DNA of 64,000 nucleotides. It comes from Eledone cirrhosa. Taxonomy: Eukaryota. The position numbers and the translations under genes were made by a program. This document shows, in pieces, positions 59,383 to 64,000 of this stretch. Numbering within the stretch: the first letter of the stretch is position 1; each line of letters starts with the position of its first letter. Under the pieces are notes generated by a model that saw only the letters and a list, made by a program, of their open reading frames with translations, was not told where the DNA came from and searched no databases. The stretch is taken from positions 83,080,001 to 83,144,000 of the forward strand of contig OZ024743.1 in assembly GCA_964016885.1 (NCBI GenBank). The letters run 5' to 3'.

Positions 59383-59830
59383 ATGGCTTAGTGGTGAGAG
59401 CATTGGGCTTGCAATCTAAAGAATTTGAGTTCGATTCTCGGACTGTGTGATGTGTTGTTTCCTTGAGCAAGACACTTTATTTCACACTGTTTACTCAGCT
59501 GTAGAAATGAGTTGTGATGTTACTGGTGCCAAGCTGTATCAGCCATTGCCTTTCTCTTGGACAACATCATATATAGTGTATAATAAATACTGTACAGTAT
59601 ATATATAATATATATATAGTATATATGTTGTGATACTGGTGCCAAGCTGTATCAGCCATTGCCTTTCTCTTGGACAACATCATATATAGTGTATAATAAA
59701 TACTGTACAGTGTATATATAATATATATATAGTATATATGTTGTGATACTGGTGCCAAGCTGTATCAGCCATTGTCTTTCTCTTGGATAACATTATATAT
59801 AGTGCATAATATATCCTGTACACAGAATAT
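59383..59830 (+). mobile_element. tRNA-derived SINE family B with its 3' part in three ~113-bp tandem copies
   Basis: A box TGGCTTAGTGG, B box GAGTTCGATTC, CORE-like CCTTGAGCAAGACACTT; ACTGGTGCCAAGCTGTATCAGCC occurs three times. Confidence 0.8.
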
Positions 59831-60064
59831 ATATAATATATGTATGTAAAAGGTTTTAGGAAATTAGTATCAGTGTATATAAATATTATCAAGAATGACA
59901 ATAAATGCAGGTGAGAGTTATGACATGGTTTTTCTTTACAGAAGTCAAATAAATTGTTATAAAGAATTGTTACCACATGTTGAATTTCAGGTGGTCACAA
60001 CTCCCAGACTGGAGTGTGTGGAGGAGAACAGAAAATCTTCTCTTGGTAAGGTTCAAGTGTTTCT

Positions 60065-62933
60065 TTAGGCTGCCAGTGTTCTTCTTCTTGGGTGCGAAGG
60101 AAGTGAAACAGGTGTGTGAGCATCTGTGTGGGCCCGTTTAAGTCTATCAACCGCAATGGTCTCTCTGGATCCCTTAATGTCTACAGTAATACACGGTAGG
60201 GTCCAGAGTACGGTTGTGTGAGAGGTGGTCTCACGGCATCGTTTCTTACAAACATGTGTCCACGAGGCAATATCCCTCGGGACTGCAGCTTTAATAGTTT
60301 GTTTCCTAGTATTCATGGGCGGTAAGTCCTGAAAATAGGAGCGCAAACGAGATAAGTAGGAAACAGGGTCCTGGAAAGCAAGATCAATAGGGGCAAGCAT
60401 TTGCCCAGTCAACGCTAGAGGAGCACCATACAGTAATTCAGCCGGGGAGAACCCAAGGTCCTCCTTTATTGATGACCGAATTCCTAGCAACACAACTCCT
60501 ATACGCAGATGATCAAACGCTCATAGCTGAATCAATGGCCGAACTAGAGAAGAAATTCCAAACATGGAAGCATGGCCTAGAATCAAAAGGCCTTAAAATT
60601 AACCTGTCTAAGACTAAAGTTCTAATTTGTAGGAAGGAAAGTAGGGCGCCGGTCCCATCCGGGAAATGGCCATGCTCAGTGTGTAGGAAAGGAGTAGGTA
60701 GAAACTCCATTTTATGTCCCAAATGCAAAGTATGGGTGCATAAAAGATGTAGTGGGATCACAGGTAAGCTAACTAAGAATATAGATTTTATATGTGGCCG
60801 GTGTTCTGGTGCAATAAGTAGCAGCAAGTGCCCACAGAATGCGAGCTCATTCCATTGCACAGATGGTTCTATAGAAATAGTGGACAGCTTCCGTTACCTG
60901 GGTGACAAAGTACAGTAGCTAGAGTCAGAACTGGATGGAAAAAGTTCAGAGAGCTTATACCACTATTAGCCGCTAAAGAGTTCTCCCTAAAAATGAAAGG
61001 TAGGCTGTATAATGCCTGCATATGAACAGCAATGTTGCATGGCAGTGAGACTTGGGCATTGTGTGCAGAGGATATACGCAGACTGGAGAGGAATGATGCT
61101 TGCATGCTCCGCTGGATGTGTAATAGTAATATACGTGAACGGCAAAGCATAAACGAACTAAGGGAAAAATTAGAAATAAGAGGGATCAGATGTTGTTTAC
61201 TCGAGAGAAGACTACGTTGGTATGGTCACGTGATGCGCATGAAAGACGACAGCTGTATAAAAAAGTGCAGGGCAATAAAAATAGACGGTAGCCACGGAGT
61301 AGGCAGACCCAGAAAAACCTGGGACGACTTGATAAATTCCGACCTCACACACTTACACCTCTCCAAGACAATGTCACTGGACCGAGACCTTTGGCGCTAC
61401 ACAGTAATAGAGAAGACCCGCCTTACTAAGTACAAAGTGAAACCTACTACAGTCAGTAGGCACCTCTAGCAAAATACACCCCATCCCACTACCCCCACCC
61501 CATCCACACCACCCCTTTCAATGTAAAGTTATGTTGGTACCATAACATCCAGCCCGAAACAAATGAGGTCGTGTAGGTGTCACGACAAAAAAACACACAG
61601 TCCACGCTGTAATGTGGCCGTGTAGGTAACACGGTAAAAACCTCCCAGTTCCACACTGTAAATGTGGTTGGTGTTAGGAAGGGCATCCAGCCGTAGAAAA
61701 CCCGCCAGACAGTCCTATGCGAGCAAGACAACCACTCTTGCCTCAAGTGGGAAAACTCCCGTCCAAACTCATGCATGCGTGGAATATGGACGTTAAACGA
61801 TGATGATGATGATGACAATACGAAGATACTCGCTCCAACGTTGAGAGTCTGGACAGGCGCGAAGAGCGGCCTTTAATTGGCGGTGGAATCGTTCCACCAT
61901 TCCGTTTGAAGCAGGGTGATAGGATGTGGTCCGAATCCGTTGAGCGCCAATGATCTTTGAGAGCTCAGAGAAAAGATGAGATTCAAATTGTCTACCACGC
62001 TCTGTGGTGACTGTAGTTGGTACCCCAAAGCGGGTAATCCACCCTGATACCAGGGCACGCGCTACAGTCTCGGCAGTTATATCTTGTAAGGGGATGGCTT
62101 CAGGCCATTGCGAAAAAGGATCAATACAGGTCAAGAGGTACGAATATCCACTGCTGAATGGCCAAGGTCCAACGATGTCAATGTGGATGTGTTGAAACCG
62201 AGCATCTGGAGTACTGAAAGTATCAAGTGGAGTCCGGATGTGTCTGTGGACTTTAGATTTTTGACACTGTGTGCAGGAACGGCACCAGACAGTAATTTCT
62301 CGCCTCATATTGGGCCAGAAAAATCTAGCCGTTATAAGCTTTATGTGGCAGAAATTCCTGGGTGAGAAATGCTGTGCAAAGCAAGGAACACAATTCGACG
62401 GTGAGTCTCAGGAACAAATGGTCGTGGTGAATCCGTAGATACATCACATAGAATCTGCTTGTCGGTGGTCGACAAGGGCAGATATTTGAAGATGCAAGTC
62501 GCAAATTCGGCAGAAAGAGTATCCAACGATTGGAGTGCAGGTTGGTCTGCAGCTAAATGACCTAAGTTGATCTTCTGGGATGACGAGTCTGGAAGTCTTG
62601 AAGCTGTCTTCGTGTCAAGGAAATATCCTCATTCTTCTTACGACGATTTTTCAAAATGTCAGTAAGGGAAGATAGCAAATTAGCACAATGAGGAATGAAA
62701 TGCCTATAGAAATTGATAAGGCCTAAGAAGTGACACAACTGGTGAAGTGTAGTAAGCGGAGGTAAATCCTGTATGGCTTAAACTCGCTGACGGAGCAGCC
62801 TAATAGCTTCGGCGTCGATGAGGTGGCCTAAAAAATTTCTATAGGCGTTTCATTCCTCATTGTGGAGTCGCGCCTGTCGCAAAGGGACGTAACTCCTATA
62901 CATGCTGAGGCACAGCCATAAGGGGCCGCTACA
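60065..62933 (-). mobile_element. Gypsy LTR-retrotransposon remnant (RT end, integrase), split by an RTE insertion
   Basis: [103 protein letters not shown] possible LTR start TGTAGCGG lies at 62933. Confidence 0.88.
60496..61814 (+). mobile_element. 5'-truncated RTE LINE with PHD-type finger; TSD ACAA
   Basis: LLYADD, C4HC3 finger, FRYLGD, HGSETW, RLRWYGHV, GRPRKTW, 3' UTR, (GAT)n tail. ACAA at 60492-60495 and 61815-61818. Confidence 0.92.
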
Positions 62934-63015
62934 AGGTAAACAGAAATAACAACACAATCAGTACAGTATATGGAAGGGATATATTAGAGTAACGCTTGAT
63001 ATAGCAGGAAGAGGG

Positions 63016-63051
63016 TCTTAACGTTTCAGATGCTAGTCCTTCATCAGAAGA
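63016..63051 (-). ncRNA. Minimal hammerhead ribozyme
   Basis: Minus strand reads TCTT-CTGATGA-AGGACTAGCATCT-GAAAC-GTT-AAGA. Confidence 0.75.
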
Positions 63052-63557
63052 AAGAATGAGAAATAAGATATATTGAGGGAACGGGCGGGTTGGAATTGGA
63101 AAAAATGTCTTTAGATAAAAATAACAGGTCCATTCATGTTGACATCTCTTGCAAAACTGTTGGTGCTGGCGTTTTGTGTATGATTTATTTTTAGAAAAGT
63201 GGATGATGGAGCATGTCTACCTGAAATGGAAAATAACATTTTGTAAAAAGATCTACACTTGTGCACATGCATAAGCATGTGTGTGTGTGTGTGTGTGTGT
63301 TATTATATATCTGTATGAAGCTAAGAAGAAATGTGTGTATATATTTGAGTAAAAGAGTGTGTGTGTGCATGTAAGTACGAAGCTATGAGCAAAAGTATGT
63401 TAATATAAGGATGTGTATGTGTGTATACAGAGCAGTGAAGGGAAAAGTGGAGTGAGCATATATAGTCGGCCTGTATTAGTTTGAAGAGAAGTCGTTAATG
63501 ATCAAGAGAAAGTGATAGTAATCTAGGGGTGTGATAATGGATGGAGTATTAGAGAAA

Positions 63558-63721
63558 TTAGGGAGGTGAGTTGAGTCCAAGAGGGGAATAGGACCCAAGG
63601 CGGTGAATCAGACTCTGTTCAGTCCTGGTGCGCGAGGCCTGTGATCCATGATGTAAAAGGACACCCAGGACTGAAACATGTAGGGAAGAATGACCAGGAG
63701 AACAGAAATGACGGGCGACAG
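63558..63721 (-). pseudogene. PLE GIY-YIG C-terminal fragment
   Basis: VARHFCSPGHS..RTRTEQSLIHRLGSYSPLGLN, a typical Penelope EN end; lies upstream of the 63016 HHR on the same strand. Confidence 0.8.
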
Positions 63722-63849
63722 TGTATATATACTGTACATAGTGTATATACATAGTATATATGTTGTGATGTCACTGGTGCCAAGTTGTATCAGCCATTGC
63801 CTTTCCCATCATCATATATGCTTACACAGTGTATATGTAATATATATAT

Positions 63850-64000
63850 GGAGGCACATGGCTTAGTGGTTAGAGCATTGGCCTTGCAATCGAAAGGTTG
63901 TGAGTTCAATTGTCAGACTGGGTGATGTGTTGTTTCCTTGAGCAAGACACTTTATTTCACATTGCTCCAGTTTACTCAGCTGTAGAAATGAGGTGATAGG
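63850..64000 (+). mobile_element. SINE family B copy
   Basis: GGAGGCACATGGCTTAGTGGTTAGAGC..GAGTTCAATT..CCTTGAGCAAGACACTT. Confidence 0.8.

Noticed and set aside
59991-60046. Small exon TTTCAG|...|GTAAGG
   Set aside because: Splice-like signals only; the peptide is unrecognisable and cannot be supported without RNA data.

Overview
This is repeat-saturated, AT-rich eukaryotic DNA. The SINE/RTE/Penelope content and TA/ATT microsatellites suggest an octopod cephalopod; that is inference only. Left to right: (1) a 14.2-kb array of an 18-bp unit with ~5.5-6 kb higher-order repeats and a synonymous-variant bias in the mucin-like PDTTPL frame; (2) an internally deleted Helitron with a fold-back insertion in its PIF1 helicase; (3) a truncated Penelope-like element (PLE); (4) tandem tRNA-SINEs; (5) a short hammerhead-ribozyme (HHR) element in inverted plus tandem copies; (6) a twin-primed RTE LINE, fragments of an RTE family with a PHD-type finger inside the RT, and Vingi- and CR1-like fragments; (7) a 200-N gap; (8) the main feature, an apparently intact Naiad-type PLE ORF (RT + GIY-YIG, ~813 aa from ATG 41163) between 3.6-kb inverted repeats, with a pseudo-LTR and a long-stem-II HHR, embedded in an AAATATGT(AT)n satellite; (9) more HHR/pLTR remnants, one probable PARP14-like RRM exon, and a Gypsy pol remnant split by an RTE. 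Recurring themes are at least six distinct HHR sequence types and fold-back inverted duplications from ~40 bp to 3.6 kb. All calls were made by eye; no database searches or folding programs were run.
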